Shown here: positions 36,626 to 49,008 of the stretch, one piece after another
Numbering within the stretch: the stretch's first letter is position 1
Layout: each line of letters opens with the position of its first letter
From: Flectonema sp. DT1601
Lineage: Eukaryota
NCBI GenBank assembly: GCA_964019425.1
Contig: OZ025786.1
Span: forward strand, 682,001-746,000
Length of the DNA: 64,000 nt
Reading direction: 5' to 3'
Program-made: the position numbers and the translations under genes
The notes under the pieces: model-generated
The model's database searches: none
Told to the model about the DNA's origin: nothing
Seen by the model: only the letters and a program-made list of their open reading frames with translations

Positions 36626-37255
36626 TCATCTGTCCCAATCTCGTTCTCTTTCTCGATCGCTTCTGTCGTTTCTATCGTTTCGGTCTAACCTGTCTCTTCG
36701 TTTTGAATCAAAGGTATCGAATCTTCCTCTTCTGTCTTGTTGTTGTTGTTGTTGTTGTTGCTGCTGTTGTTGCTGTTTTGGAAAAACAGGTTTCGGTTTT
36801 GATGTAGGTTCAGGAGTGTAATCCATAGCAATCGGTGGTTTAGCTGCTGCACGAACATCTTTTATAGCTGAAGACATTGTTTGTGAGATATTTTGAAGAG
36901 CGAGGTCAGTCGAAGACTGAGCAGTCCTCAGCTCTACCAACTCCCTATTAAGACTTAATATCAATCCCTTTAACTGTTTTACTTCATCAATTGCTCTGCT
37001 ATGCATTTGAACTAACTGACGAACTACTTCTGTTTGATTATTATCATTGTGGGTTTGGTTTAAAGGAGGAGGTGGTGAACTTACTATGGGTTGTACCGGC
37101 ATCCCTCCTCCTCCAGCATACACAACTGCTCCTAACAAACCTGCTGATGGTTGGTTGTATATCTGTTTTTTCATATCGTAATCCTGTTCGTTTCCTTTGC
37201 TTCCTTTGTATGCTCCTTTCCCTCCGCCGTCATATTTTCCTTTCTTCCCTCCCAT
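36626..37255 (-). CDS. Hypothetical protein with coiled coil, poly-Gln and RD-rich tail
   Basis: Coding-like ORF, probable start MGGKKGK at 37255; CAA/CAG run at ~36737-36776. Confidence 0.75.
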   Translation of the reverse strand: MGGKKGKYDGGGKGAYKGSKGNEQDYDMKKQIYNQPSAGLLGAVVYAGGGGMPVQPIVSSPPPPLNQTHNDNNQTEVVRQLVQMHSRAIDEVKQLKGLILSLNRELVELRTAQSSTDLALQNISQTMSSAIKDVRAAAKPPIAMDYTPEPTSKPKPVFPKQQQQQQQQQQQQQDRRGRFDTFDSKRRDRLDRNDRNDRSDRERERDWDR

Positions 37256-37897
37256 GATCTGATAATTGAATTTATTATAAAAAATATATATAAATCGCAT
37301 AAAGTTATACGTGATCCATGTCGTTGTCCTTCGCCTGTTAAAATGATAAGAGTAGTCACTTTGTGTACCTACAGATATATCATTTCAACTCTATTCCAAA
37401 AAAAAAAAAAAAAAAAATGCAAAAGATTTCTACAACTAAAAGAAAAAAAAAGAAAATGTTTTCTTTTCTCTCACTCTCTGATAGAGGTTCTAACGCTCGT
37501 CGTATCTAAACAGGCCAGCAATAAATATAAAGAAACTTCTTTTGATTGTCTCGTATTGATTAGCTCTCATGCAGGACATACTTTAGAACCTGATTTATGT
37601 AGTGAACCACAATCGATGTGTGGTGTACGAACCTCTAAGGCATGGCTCGCTCTTTATTAAGGGGGAACCAAAGAATAATTTTAAAAAAAAAAAAGAAAGA
37701 ATGAAAAATAAAATCTCCAAACAAATGACAAATGACAGTCAAAGGGACTCTAAAAGACGGAAAGGGGATCTTGGGTTGGTTTTTTTTAATTTTTTTTTTA
37801 TGTTCTTCTTTTGTATTAACCATCTCTTCTGTGTAGACGTTATCACATTCACAATAACAAAAGACCTCCTTAAAAAGATAATATTTTGCATTTTTCA

Positions 37898-39340
37898 TCA
37901 TCCACAGAATGTTAAAACAGGAGGTCGAGACACAGCGTGGTTAGTATTGTCATCAACAGAATAGAATCCACTCGAAGAGGAGTTTCTAATCAGTTGACCC
38001 TTTGAAGGTTTATTAATCATTGATAATGATCTGTAAAGACTCGTGTTGTTGGTATTCCGTTTCAGATTATCTTCTTTAATGTAATCAACGTTTTGATAGT
38101 CTCTTCGAGTACGACGAGTTGGCATACTCATCGATCTTGAAAACTTATGTCTGACAGGTATCAAGTCAGGTGCCGGATTATTAACCTTCCAAGGAGCATT
38201 ATGAACTGCCTGTGTACTCGAACTGCTTGATGATCGACGAATGCGACGTTGAACTTCAGCTCGGGTTCCTTTTGATATTGGTATACCTCCTGGACCAGGA
38301 TAAAGTCTTGAAGAGACTTGTGTTACTGAACGAGATCGTTTTCTCTTTGTCGTTGATGCTGATGAAGCATTGTACGTCGCTGTTGTTCCATTACTCATTC
38401 TACCTTGTCTTCCTATTGCTGACATCACACTTGGTGAGTTTGATCTTGATGATCGTTGTGATCCTTTTTTTATTATCTTTTTCTTATCAAAATATCTTTG
38501 AAATTCCTTACATCCAATAACCGTATCAGTTTCTCTATCACTAATCGATAACCCTTTTAATGCTAATAATTTATGTGGTGATTGTAGTAAGTCGTTTACT
38601 CTCCTGGTGTTGACTTCGTTGTTTAATTCATTCAAATGAGATTTTAAGATACTACGAACTGCTTTGTTGTGTTTCAACTCATCGACAAGAAGAAGTATCG
38701 GAAGGTGTTGTGAACCATCAGGATCTATTTCATTAAAGACGGCTGTGGCTAAAGGGACTTTCTCAGTGAGGATAAGATCAATAGCGTCTTCGGCACCCCA
38801 TCTGTAGGCTCCTTCGAAGTTATCTACTTTCCATTTTACTCTAACCCATCCACCACCTAATAATTCAGTGACCATACCCTCGTTACCTTCACCTCCATCT
38901 TGGTCATCCCATTGCCAGTCTGTAGGATTTCTTGTCACAACGGATCCAAGTCTTAATTTTACTAGTCTCGCAGCAGTGCTTCCATCAACACTGTTATTAG
39001 CAGTGCTGTTGGTTGGTATTTTTCCTGACGGAAATTGTGGTTGTCGGTGGGGAGTAGCTGCTTCAGATTCCAAGTGAACACCGAGCCATGCAGGTGGTTC
39101 TGTTTTTTTAGTGATTTAAACCTCAACAGTGAAGTGTCTTTACAATAAAGATAACCAAAGTTAATACATACGCCAAGGAGATAGTGTTGCATCATCTGGG
39201 TATCTAGTGACTCCTGGAGACGGTGCAATTGGCGGGGGAGGTGCCGCGCCAACTGACCAGCCGGTTCCAAATTCCTCACTTATGTCGCCAGCGTGCATTA
39301 CCATCGTGGGCGTCATTTCAAGTGTCGCGTCATCGACCAT
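37898..39340 (-). CDS. MIB_HERC2-domain protein, at least 2 exons (39340-39172, 39099-37898)
   Basis: GSVVTRNPTDWQWDDQDGGEGNEGMVTE...WVRVKW...YRWGAEDAIDL is a MIB_HERC2 signature. A 72-nt GTATGT...CACTAAAAAAACAG intron (39171-39100) joins an upstream ATG-containing exon in frame (LSPW-Q-PPAW). Confidence 0.8.
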
Positions 39341-40448
39341 CTCATCCCCCTCCTCACCCTGAAAATAGGATCTTGTCTGTCGAAGAGATAAATATAATTA
39401 TTGAAAACAAAATAATACGATTTCTGTTAAGGATATGGGGGAGTTACTTAGGAAATTGGGAACAGGTTTCAGACCTAACCCAAACCTTCTCTGTGAGATG
39501 CCACATGCTTGTCAGTACACAAGTATTCAGAGGAGAATTTAACACTTTTTGTTTTCTTTTTCTTTTTTATATCTGGTACCCTGTTGCAAGTGGTACGTCA
39601 CTGGTTGTTTTTTTTTTTCTTTTTTTTTTTTTTTTTCCTTCTTCTTAAAAAATAATTTCCCTTCTTTTTTTTAGGTAGCGTTTTATATAAAAAAGTAAGA
39701 TCCTTGTCACCTCAACAGGCCCGTCTTTAAACTTGTGCTCCATTCTGCTATCCAATAATAGTTAGTAAGGATGTTATAAAAATAGTTTTTAAAAAAAAAA
39801 AAAAAAAAAAAATACTTAACTATAGTGTTGTACAAAGGACTATGCTGATCTTCTTTCACCGCATAGTCGACAGCTATTTTCAAAAAAAGTAGCATGGAAA
39901 AAAAATAAAATAAATAATAAGAGAAGGGAAAATGAACAACCTAAGATAAGAATAATGATAGTACAGCGTAACTGGATGACAGAGTTTTTTCAAAGCAGGT
40001 CAGAACTCTTTTTTTTTTTTTTCTTCTTTTCTTTTTGAATAATTATACTTTCGGGAAAATGGAACAAAAAGCAATTGTTTTCTTATTTTATTTTTTTCTT
40101 TTCTTGAGAAGGGGATAAAATAAAAAAAAAAATAAAAAAAATGTCAAAATAAGCCAACTGCTCTCACAAAGGAGGGACTCTCTCTTTACCATCAGCTGGC
40201 TTACGCTGACTACAAATCACTCGCTTTCGGACTCACAAGGAGTACTATTAAAAAAAAATACATTCATTTGGGTAGGGAAGGAAATAGAGGTTTTTCTCTA
40301 TTATATTTATGATGCCCTGTTCTAAGGTGACGGAGTAGTGTTTTTCTTTTTTTGCCTTTTTTTTATTTTTTTATTTTTGTTTTTATTTTTTGAAAATTCA
40401 ATCGTAAGTCTCTTCCTTTAGCAAAAAAGAAAACAAGGAGATAATTTA

Positions 40449-42800
40449 TCAGACAACTGGAAATCCCTTTCTCTCCTGGTACTTGATAAATGGACGATCA
40501 GGGAAGAAGCGAGTTCCAGCTTCAGCCTGCTTGACGAGCGTCTTTGATGGAGTAAAGTGATCACCGTACTTTGCCTTTAATTTGTTCATTCTGTCAACAA
40601 TTGAAGCAGCTCCTTCATGGTCAGCGAATGAGCAAAGACCACCACGGAATGGAGCAAATCCAGTTCCGAAGATCATTCCCAAATCAGTAGTTTCTGGTCC
40701 ATCAACAAGACCTTCTTCCATAATAAGACATGCCTCGTTAACCATTAAGAGTGTGCAACGATCAACAACATCATCGTAATTGAATGAGTTATTTGGAGTG
40801 AATCCGATAGGGTTAAGAATAGAACTGTTGAAACCAGTTTCCTTACCCTTCTCATTGTACAAATAGAATCCCTTTGAGTTCTTCTTTCCTAAGTATCCCA
40901 GTTTGCAAAGCCTAGCAACAGCACCACCTTCATCATCAACTGCGAAACGTTTGCTGTTTAATCCGTTTTCAAGAACTGGACCGACGTGAGCAGCAACATC
41001 AAAACCAACCTCATCAAGAAGTCTGAATGGTCCCATTGGCATACCAAAACTTACAATTTGCTGATCAATCTTGTCAGGGTTACCACATTCCTTTAACATT
41101 CTTCCTGCTTCTGCCATGTAAACTCCAAGAACTCTGTTTACTAAGAATCCAGGACCATCCTTAACAATGATTGGTTTCTTACCAATCTTTAATGTCAATT
41201 TATAGATAGCGGCAATGGTTTCTTTGCTGGTCTTCTCACCGGTGATGATCTCAACAAGAGGCATCTTTGCAACCGGATTGAAGAAATGCATACCAATGAT
41301 ATTCTCAGGGTACTTTGATGCTGCTTGCATTTCATTAATTGAAAGAGACGATGTGTTGGTGGCGAAGATTCTCTTTCCGTCAAGGATGCCTTGAGATTCT
41401 AAATCCTGAATCATTTTCTTCTTTAAATCCATAACTTCAACAGCTGCTTCAACAATAATAGTACAATCTTTTAGATTATCGTTGTTTGTTCCTCCTGTGA
41501 CAAGAGCAGTACGTTCAGCAGCAACTTGCTTGGTCATCTTTCTGCGTTTGGCTTGGCCGTCAAATTCCTTCTTTACAAAGGCCAAACCCTTATCAACAAA
41601 GGTTTGCTGGATATCACTCATGTACACAGATAGTTTTCTTGCTGCGAACCAATGGGCAATTCCACTTCCCATGACTCCAGCACCAATGACTCCAACCTTT
41701 CCAAGTTCTGGGATGTCTTCTTTTTTAACACCAATCTTTCCATACAACTTCTTTGATGCTTCATCCAGGAAGTATATTCCCATTTGATTCTTTGCCTCAG
41801 GCATAAACAAGCATTCTGTGAATAGCTCTCTCTCCTTTTCTAAAGCCTTCTTCTCAGAATGACTAGCAGCGTAGATAAGAGATTCCAAGGCCTTGTATTG
41901 ACCGATGTACTTTCCCTTTGTCATTTTGTTCAAGTTCTTAAGAGACATAGACTTTACGATACGATGTCCAATAAAAGTGTTGTTGATGAGCTTGTCTTGT
42001 GGCCATGCTTTGACTGGACGACCCTTGTGAGGCTTCAAAGGTTTGTCAACCATCTTACCAACGTAGTTGCGGACTCCGTGGAGGAAACGGAACTCGTTTG
42101 GGAAACGGTCCTCTCCTGGGATTACGCGTTCGCAGAGACCACTCTTTTTAGCCTTGGCAGGCTTAAGTTGGGATCCAGCGAGAATCATTTGTGTTGCAGC
42201 CTGAAGACCAACCAATTTCTGTAGTCTGACGGTTCCTCCGAGACCAGGGATGACTCCAAGTAGTGTTTCTGGTAAACCAACCTTAACACTGTCTGCATCA
42301 GAAATAACTCTGTGATGACAGGCAAGTGCGAGTTCTAAACCTCCTCCTAAAGCCATACCGTTGATTGCTGCTACTACAGGGACTTCCATTTTCTTGATCT
42401 TTTCAACAAGTTCGCTTCCATCATCAAGAATCTTATCCAACTTTGGTTTATCACCAGGAAGCATTGGGTACACTGTTGGTAGATCAGCACCGACACAGAA
42501 AGTGTCTTTGTTTGATGTTAGGATTACTATTTTTGATTTCTTTTCTTTTACGAGAGAGTCAACTTTGTTCATGGCCTCCTTACAAGATTCTATGTATTCA
42601 TTCGACAGTGAGTTAGCTGATCCTTTCTTAGAGTCCATCACAATCCAAGTAAATGTGTTCGAGTCATTAATGACTGTAATCTCACCACATCCATACTCAG
42701 TCGTGATCCGAGCTTTCCCTAAGAAGTCTTGAACCTTTCCAAATAATGGACTGCTTCGGGATAAGTGGCGCCGACCGCCGCTTAAAACCCCGCGAAACAT
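40449..42800 (-). CDS. HADHA: Mitochondrial trifunctional enzyme alpha subunit (enoyl-CoA hydratase / 3-hydroxyacyl-CoA dehydrogenase)
   Basis: Arg-rich presequence; GGGLELALAC, GLPETLLGVIPGLGGT, GAGVMGSGIA, ATNTSSL, GMHFFNP and PMGPF motifs. Confidence 0.95.
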   Translation of the reverse strand: MFRGVLSGGRRHLSRSSPLFGKVQDFLGKARITTEYGCGEITVINDSNTFTWIVMDSKKGSANSLSNEYIESCKEAMNKVDSLVKEKKSKIVILTSNKDTFCVGADLPTVYPMLPGDKPKLDKILDDGSELVEKIKKMEVPVVAAINGMALGGGLELALACHHRVISDADSVKVGLPETLLGVIPGLGGTVRLQKLVGLQAATQMILAGSQLKPAKAKKSGLCERVIPGEDRFPNEFRFLHGVRNYVGKMVDKPLKPHKGRPVKAWPQDKLINNTFIGHRIVKSMSLKNLNKMTKGKYIGQYKALESLIYAASHSEKKALEKERELFTECLFMPEAKNQMGIYFLDEASKKLYGKIGVKKEDIPELGKVGVIGAGVMGSGIAHWFAARKLSVYMSDIQQTFVDKGLAFVKKEFDGQAKRRKMTKQVAAERTALVTGGTNNDNLKDCTIIVEAAVEVMDLKKKMIQDLESQGILDGKRIFATNTSSLSINEMQAASKYPENIIGMHFFNPVAKMPLVEIITGEKTSKETIAAIYKLTLKIGKKPIIVKDGPGFLVNRVLGVYMAEAGRMLKECGNPDKIDQQIVSFGMPMGPFRLLDEVGFDVAAHVGPVLENGLNSKRFAVDDEGGAVARLCKLGYLGKKNSKGFYLYNEKGKETGFNSSILNPIGFTPNNSFNYDDVVDRCTLLMVNEACLIMEEGLVDGPETTDLGMIFGTGFAPFRGGLCSFADHEGAASIVDRMNKLKAKYGDHFTPSKTLVKQAEAGTRFFPDRPFIKYQERKGFPVV

Positions 42801-43310
42801 ATTAAGTTTTACTCAATTCACTGATTAGTTAGATAGAATATAAGGAAGAAACACACACAGTATTCAATATCCAACCACAGTCATCTAATGTGAGTATCTG
42901 TTGTAAGTAATAAACAATTTCAGTAACAGCAAACAATTACTAAAGATAAAAAGAACTTTTTAAAAAAGATGTCATAATATAATCTACAGCTACAAGTAAT
43001 GTATTTATTCTATTTTTTTTTTTTTTCCACCTTACTTGTCGTAACTACTAATTACGTAAGAGTAGGTACTGCTACTAAGGGAGGAACACTTAGGTTATGA
43101 ATTATCTCAATAAAAACAAAACTCCATCCCGAGGTTAGTTTTTGTTAAGTTCACATCCCCCAGTTGCAACGGCGTACGAGAATATAGTCAGAACTGCTTT
43201 CTAAAGAACGATTCTCTCACAGCAGTTTGGTTACAATAATAACAGATAACCAGAAGGGTGATGATAACCAGTAGAGCATTTGGATATTCTTAAATAGTAC
43301 TTCCTACTCG

Positions 43311-43901
43311 CTAATGATTGTAACCTAAATGTTTTATACCTCCTCTGTACCTCATCGGGTCTTCTTCATACCCGCCGTCGTGTCTTTGTCCTGGAGGTTG
43401 TTCTCCATTCTGAGCCCAGCTATATCTACTGTCATCATATTTCTTCTCAATAGTGTATGAGATTCTCCAGGAGTATTCAAGCCAGATAGTGATGACACCG
43501 AGTAGAGCATTAAGACAGATAAATATAAATGATATAAACTGAAGAGGATTTACCCAACCAGCATCCCAAAATAACTTTAGCTCTAAAATAGTACATGGGA
43601 AGTCACGAATTGCAAATGAGATCGCAATTCCTAAAACTATTCTTGTTCTTCTCTCACTCGTAAACATAAAAAACTTATACCTATAAGCCCAGAAGACGAG
43701 AGCAGATCCTAGGAATGTGTACAAAACGAATCCAGCAATATTTAGTACTAAGTGCATGTCTATCAACCAACCTCTCATTCGACCTCTTTCTTTTTGAAAT
43801 ACGTAAATATTAACAGCTATTCCAATAAAGAAGTTTACCATAATCCAATACATAACAAACAGGACTGGATCTGGGTACCGACAACCATTAGCGGCACCCA
43901 T
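43311..43901 (-). CDS. Hypothetical multi-pass (about 4 TM) membrane protein
   Basis: Four hydrophobic segments; first ATG at 43901 (MGAANGC). The frame is open further upstream to an AG at ~43979. Confidence 0.8.
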   Translation of the reverse strand: MGAANGCRYPDPVLFVMYWIMVNFFIGIAVNIYVFQKERGRMRGWLIDMHLVLNIAGFVLYTFLGSALVFWAYRYKFFMFTSERRTRIVLGIAISFAIRDFPCTILELKLFWDAGWVNPLQFISFIFICLNALLGVITIWLEYSWRISYTIEKKYDDSRYSWAQNGEQPPGQRHDGGYEEDPMRYRGGIKHLGYNH

Positions 43902-45222
43902 GTTGTGAACTTGACTGCGGGGTGGGTAATACGAATTTAAAGATACAACAATGCTATCTATACTTTTATACAAAGACCTGGGGGGTTACAGAATGCTTAT
44001 AAATAAATAGAAATCTCTTAATAAACCCGTCGTTAGACTGTTCGATTGCGAAGTCGGCAGGGACTGAGAAAGACTACCAAAATAAAAAAAAAGAATACGT
44101 AAGAACACTCTAAACAAAATACCCTACAGTCCTTGACGTAAAGCAGATACTGACTAAAATACAGTTACGTGCGCTTTTCTTACTAATATCCCACTACTTC
44201 TGCAACGATATTTCGTGTCGTGTTAATTATTCAGTCTTTTGTTTTGTTTTGTTTTGCTTTTGTTTTTGCAGTTGTTGATTTGTTATTTTTGTTATAATAA
44301 GTAATAAGGAAAGAATGCAAAAAAAAAAAAAAAAATTTTTTTTTTATCATTTTTTTTTTTTTTTTTTTTGTTCTTCTTCTTTTTGTAGAAGCCCTGAAGT
44401 CCCAACAGTAACAGACTATAAAAAAAAAAAAAAAACATAAAAAAAACTTTGGCCACCGCCATAAAAAAGAAATCCTGCATTATATAGGCGTCTGACATAG
44501 GGGATTTTCTCGCTTTGGAGGAATAGAAATGGAAAAAAGGGGAAAATTCCATTTTCTAATCGATTACTAATATCAATCCACACAGGTTAACTACAGAATA
44601 TTTTTATAGCGAGGTTCATAAAAAGTTTGTTGAAGACAATACAGCCAACTAGTACAGCATATCATCCACACTTTTGTATACAGATTTTGGTTTGTCACTT
44701 ACCTTCAATCACATCAATAGAAAATTGAACAACCAAACCTCCAACCACAGAAAAACGTGGCCGGGTGTCATATTATTAAATATTGTTTTTTTTTTTTTTG
44801 AGTCAGACAGTAGATAAGCGTTAGTTGTTAGAATTAGTTACAAAGTAACGAACTCGATTAACCATAGAAGGTGAACACTAACAAAACTTTTAGACAAATT
44901 AACCACACTGTTATACTTCACACACAAAAACACAATTTATTTTTTTATTTTTTTTTTTTTTTGAAAATCACGCTTTAATGTCATCACCCCTATTGGTAAG
45001 CAGATCGAAATAGAAATAGCAGCAGCATATTAATTTAGCAACGGGGTACCACTAATTAGGAAGGACTCGGGCGAGAAGAAAAGTAAATTAATTGATATTA
45101 GGATCTGTAGTTGCTATTGCAAGTTACAACTCCGATTCTCGATTTTTTTTTTTTTTTTTTGTTTTTTAAATTTTGATAAAACAAAAAAAAATAACTGCGA
45201 CTTAAAAAACGAAACATCAAAA

Positions 45223-45254
<32 letters not shown>

Positions 45255-46285
45255 AAGCGCACGAATTTTATGACTGCAAGGAAGAGAGTATCAAAAAAAA
45301 TTATACAAACGCTTTTTTCTTTCTTTTTTTGGCTACGAAACGAACTACTCCCTGGTATCTCAACTAAGGAGATCCCAATTAGAGCTTCAAACATAACTAA
45401 CTTGAAAGTTTTCAAGTAAATACTGATATAAAATACAAACATAATTGCACGCAAGGTTGTCGAAAAAGAATCACCGAGGGACGATGCCCAGCAAAAAGGA
45501 TCAGTCCAACCCTAATGATACCATATCGTAATAAAAAAAAAAACTTTAAAAAAAAAAAAAAATCCACTTTAACAAACACGTTTTAGTAGTCTTAGTGGTG
45601 GAAAATAATTTAAAAAAAAGAGGGGGGAAAAAAAAGTCAAAGGAACTGTTTTTTTTTTTTTTTTTTTTTAATTGTCGTGGTGATAACGATCATCGAAAAA
45701 TAATTTTTTTTTCACCAATTTTGTCGCAACTGAACTGAGGTTCAAAAACTAATTTGTCTCAAGTTTCAAAAAAAAAAAAAATAAATAAATAAAAAAAGGT
45801 GTCAGTACAGAGGAATACATCAGGCCTTCATTTCAGAAAACAGCAGTAAATATTGCTACGAAATTCTTGAAAATCCCTCTTCGGTTTTCTCATGATTGCA
45901 GCTTTTTCGGATTTTTTTTTTTAAGAAATAGCTTCACGGGGATCCTGACTGACGTAACCAAACTACTCTTTTTTGTGTATGGGGTTCGTTCAGATGAATA
46001 TTTTTTTTTTTTCAATTTTTTTTGATTCCTAATAAACGGAGCATAATGTTCTGCTAACTACAAAGAAAAAATAAAACTTAGTTTTTGTCACTGCGCGTCG
46101 TTCATTTTTTTTTTTTTTTTTTTCAGTGCAAAGGTAACACAAATATAAGAACAAATAGAATAACAAAACTTAATATTTAGTAATCAGGTGTAGATTTTTA
46201 TCGTTGTTCTCTACTCAGCGAAACAAGTTAGAGCTGATTCTTATTATAACACAATTAGTAATAGGGGGGTAAAAAAATTACTCTG

Positions 46286-46322
<37 letters not shown>

Positions 46323-46432
46323 GGAAAATACCATTCAGAGTACCAATATTTCGTTGAACGCCAGGCGAAAATAAGTCACAACCACAAGAAATAACTGCTT
46401 TCAATCTGAATAGTTTCTTCCGTCGTCAGTAC

Positions 46433-46464
<32 letters not shown>

Positions 46465-46716
46465 CTGTTTTATTTATCTCTTTGCAGAAAAAAATCGGGT
46501 TTTGGGAATTGACATAACAAAAAAAAAAAAAAAATAATAAAAAAATAAAAAAATAAAAAACATAACCCTAAAAGACCTAAACGCCGATATACCGACGATT
46601 TTAAAAAAATTATTTTTGGCTAAGTGAGAAATAAGCCATTCAACCCCCAGGGTGGTGCAATCGACGAATTCTTGGTGGTGTTACTTCATTTTAATAACCA
46701 TTCTTAATGGGTCAAC

Positions 46717-46938
46717 ATGATATCTGAAGACAATGACAATCACTCAGTGGAAGTGTCTATCTCTGAATTGGATGAATAGAAGAGAGAGTCCAGATCCTTA
46801 CGAAGCAGTGTCATGGGGTCTACAGAGACTACAGACATTCAACTAATCTTCACAGGCAGGGTTGCTGAGAATGATAAGCCGACACATGAAAACCAACTGA
46901 ATAATCTGAAAATAAATGATCTGAAATACTTATTGTGA
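46717..46938 (+). pseudogene. Possible decayed ubiquitin-like fragment
   Basis: 73 codons with one internal TAG (46777-46779); IQLIFTGRVAENDKP resembles the ubiquitin-family LIFxGKxLxD motif. Confidence 0.25.
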
Positions 46939-49008
46939 CTTCACATTCTAATGTGAAATGTGTGCGCAGATCCCTATTTTGGTGAGAACCACAAGAATCT
47001 TGCTAAGTCGACAACATCTACGTCCACTTTTTTCTTGTAATTCATCGGATTTTTCTCGCATACCCCCCCCCCCTTTTTTTTTTTTTTGCGGATATAATAA
47101 AAAAAAAGAGACTTAACTCGGAATTAGAAGCAGCAGTTTAAGTAACCTTAACAATAGCCTAATACCAAAAAGAAGAACAATTCCACGAATGAATTGATCG
47201 CTTTGTGAGATGTATCAGAAAGCAGAAATAAAAATAAATAAATGGGCTTTTCAGAAAATACATTCGGGTATTAAAAAAAATTAAAAAAAAAAGAGGGGAA
47301 AAACTGTTGGCAAAGACAACTAAGGTGAAAACAGTTATCTAGTTCCTATTGGAATGAAACTGCTCATTATTAAGTGTTTGCCGTCAACATCTAAGACCCC
47401 GTCATAGATGAAAATGTATGAATGCTAAATTTGCAAGTCTGTTTGATTAGTGTCATTGCTATAGTTCATCGCAATTGCACTTTTTTTTTTTCTGTAAGGG
47501 AAGAGAGGGACACGCAAAAAAATTTCTGCTTTTTTTTTTTTTTTTTTTTTTTTTTTTGCACCGACGAAGTCGGAGAAGAAACTATTCAGATTAAGAGCCG
47601 TTATTTATTATGTCATGTTATCTATTTCCCTGTGCGCTAGTAAAACTAGCTGCGATCAACAAAATATAAGGCTTATCTGAATGGTTTTTTAATTATCGCC
47701 CTGTTTTTTTGTTATGCAATTTAAAAAAAAAAAAAGTATTTCAAAAAGAGAGCAACAGGAAAGAAAAAAACCTACGACACGAGAGCAGGCTTCCTAAAGT
47801 GTGCATGCAAAATAATACAAGTGAACTAGTGTCAGTTGAAAATATGGTCCCTTCGATAGATAGATAGATAGATAAGGAAGTCCAATACATCGCGTACTGT
47901 GCATCGCTGATACAGCAAACTAAAGAGCATCGGGTTAGTAACTCCCTAGAGCTACGAGGCAACAGCAACGTAATTAGACCCCCAAATCTTATTAGGATTG
48001 TTTTATTATAGCTTCGACTGACGGGGCATAATGAACACAGTATGCCTATTGTCAGCTTTCCACCTTCGATAAGTTTAAGTAAAAGAAGACGAGAAAAAAA
48101 TAATAAAATAAATAAATAATAAAGCGGGTGATAGTTTTCAAAGAGCAAGTTCTACCCTGTTTTCGCTGAGTCTGTCGATAATGAAAAACAGGAAAGTTAG
48201 GCTTTGCTAAAATATTATCTTAACGTTCCCAGAATAATAACGTCTTTCTTAGAAAATAGTCTACTTTAAGTTAGTCCGACATACAATCGAGTACCGGTTA
48301 GATAGACACAACAGGGCGGAACGGTTAACCACTTGTGAGTCTCCAATACTACGACTTTATGTCAAACCTGATTCCCTGAGAGGATCACTTTTTAAGCTTA
48401 AGCGAGGAATTCTAATGTTCTTTAAGAAGATTAATTAGTAAGGAAACCGACAACGAATAAAAAAAAAAAAAAAAAACCTGTCGACACCAGAATTATAAAA
48501 AAAACAAAAAAAAACAAAAAAAAAAAGCAAGCAAACAAGCTTCCGTCTATCTAATTTTTTTTTTAATCAGTGTCATCATAAAGAAAATATAATAATAATT
48601 AAAAAAAAAAAACTAAAGCAACAATAAAACATATATGTATGTCTTGCAGAACAAGTTAAATAATCTTTTTTGTTTTTTTGTTAGCTAAAATATCTGCAGA
48701 GGAGGGAAAGTTTTGAGAGAGGAATACTTAAGAACGAAAAGGCCAGCTGATTCACAACAAAGGATAGCTGGAAACGCCTAAGATAAAAATACCGGGAAAA
48801 AAAAGAAGAAAAAAAAAGAGAGGACAATTGCGGATCTGCTGTGCTTAGACGGAAAAGCTGACCGGAAATGATCGAAAACACATAATAATACTTTCGAAAC
48901 GTCGTTTGAGGATGTTACCTATACCAAAGGGATTTTTTTTATTTTTCAATTTTTATTTCCAGTTGAACAAGTAAATGTCACCCAAAAATCATTTCTTCAA
49001 GGAAAGAG

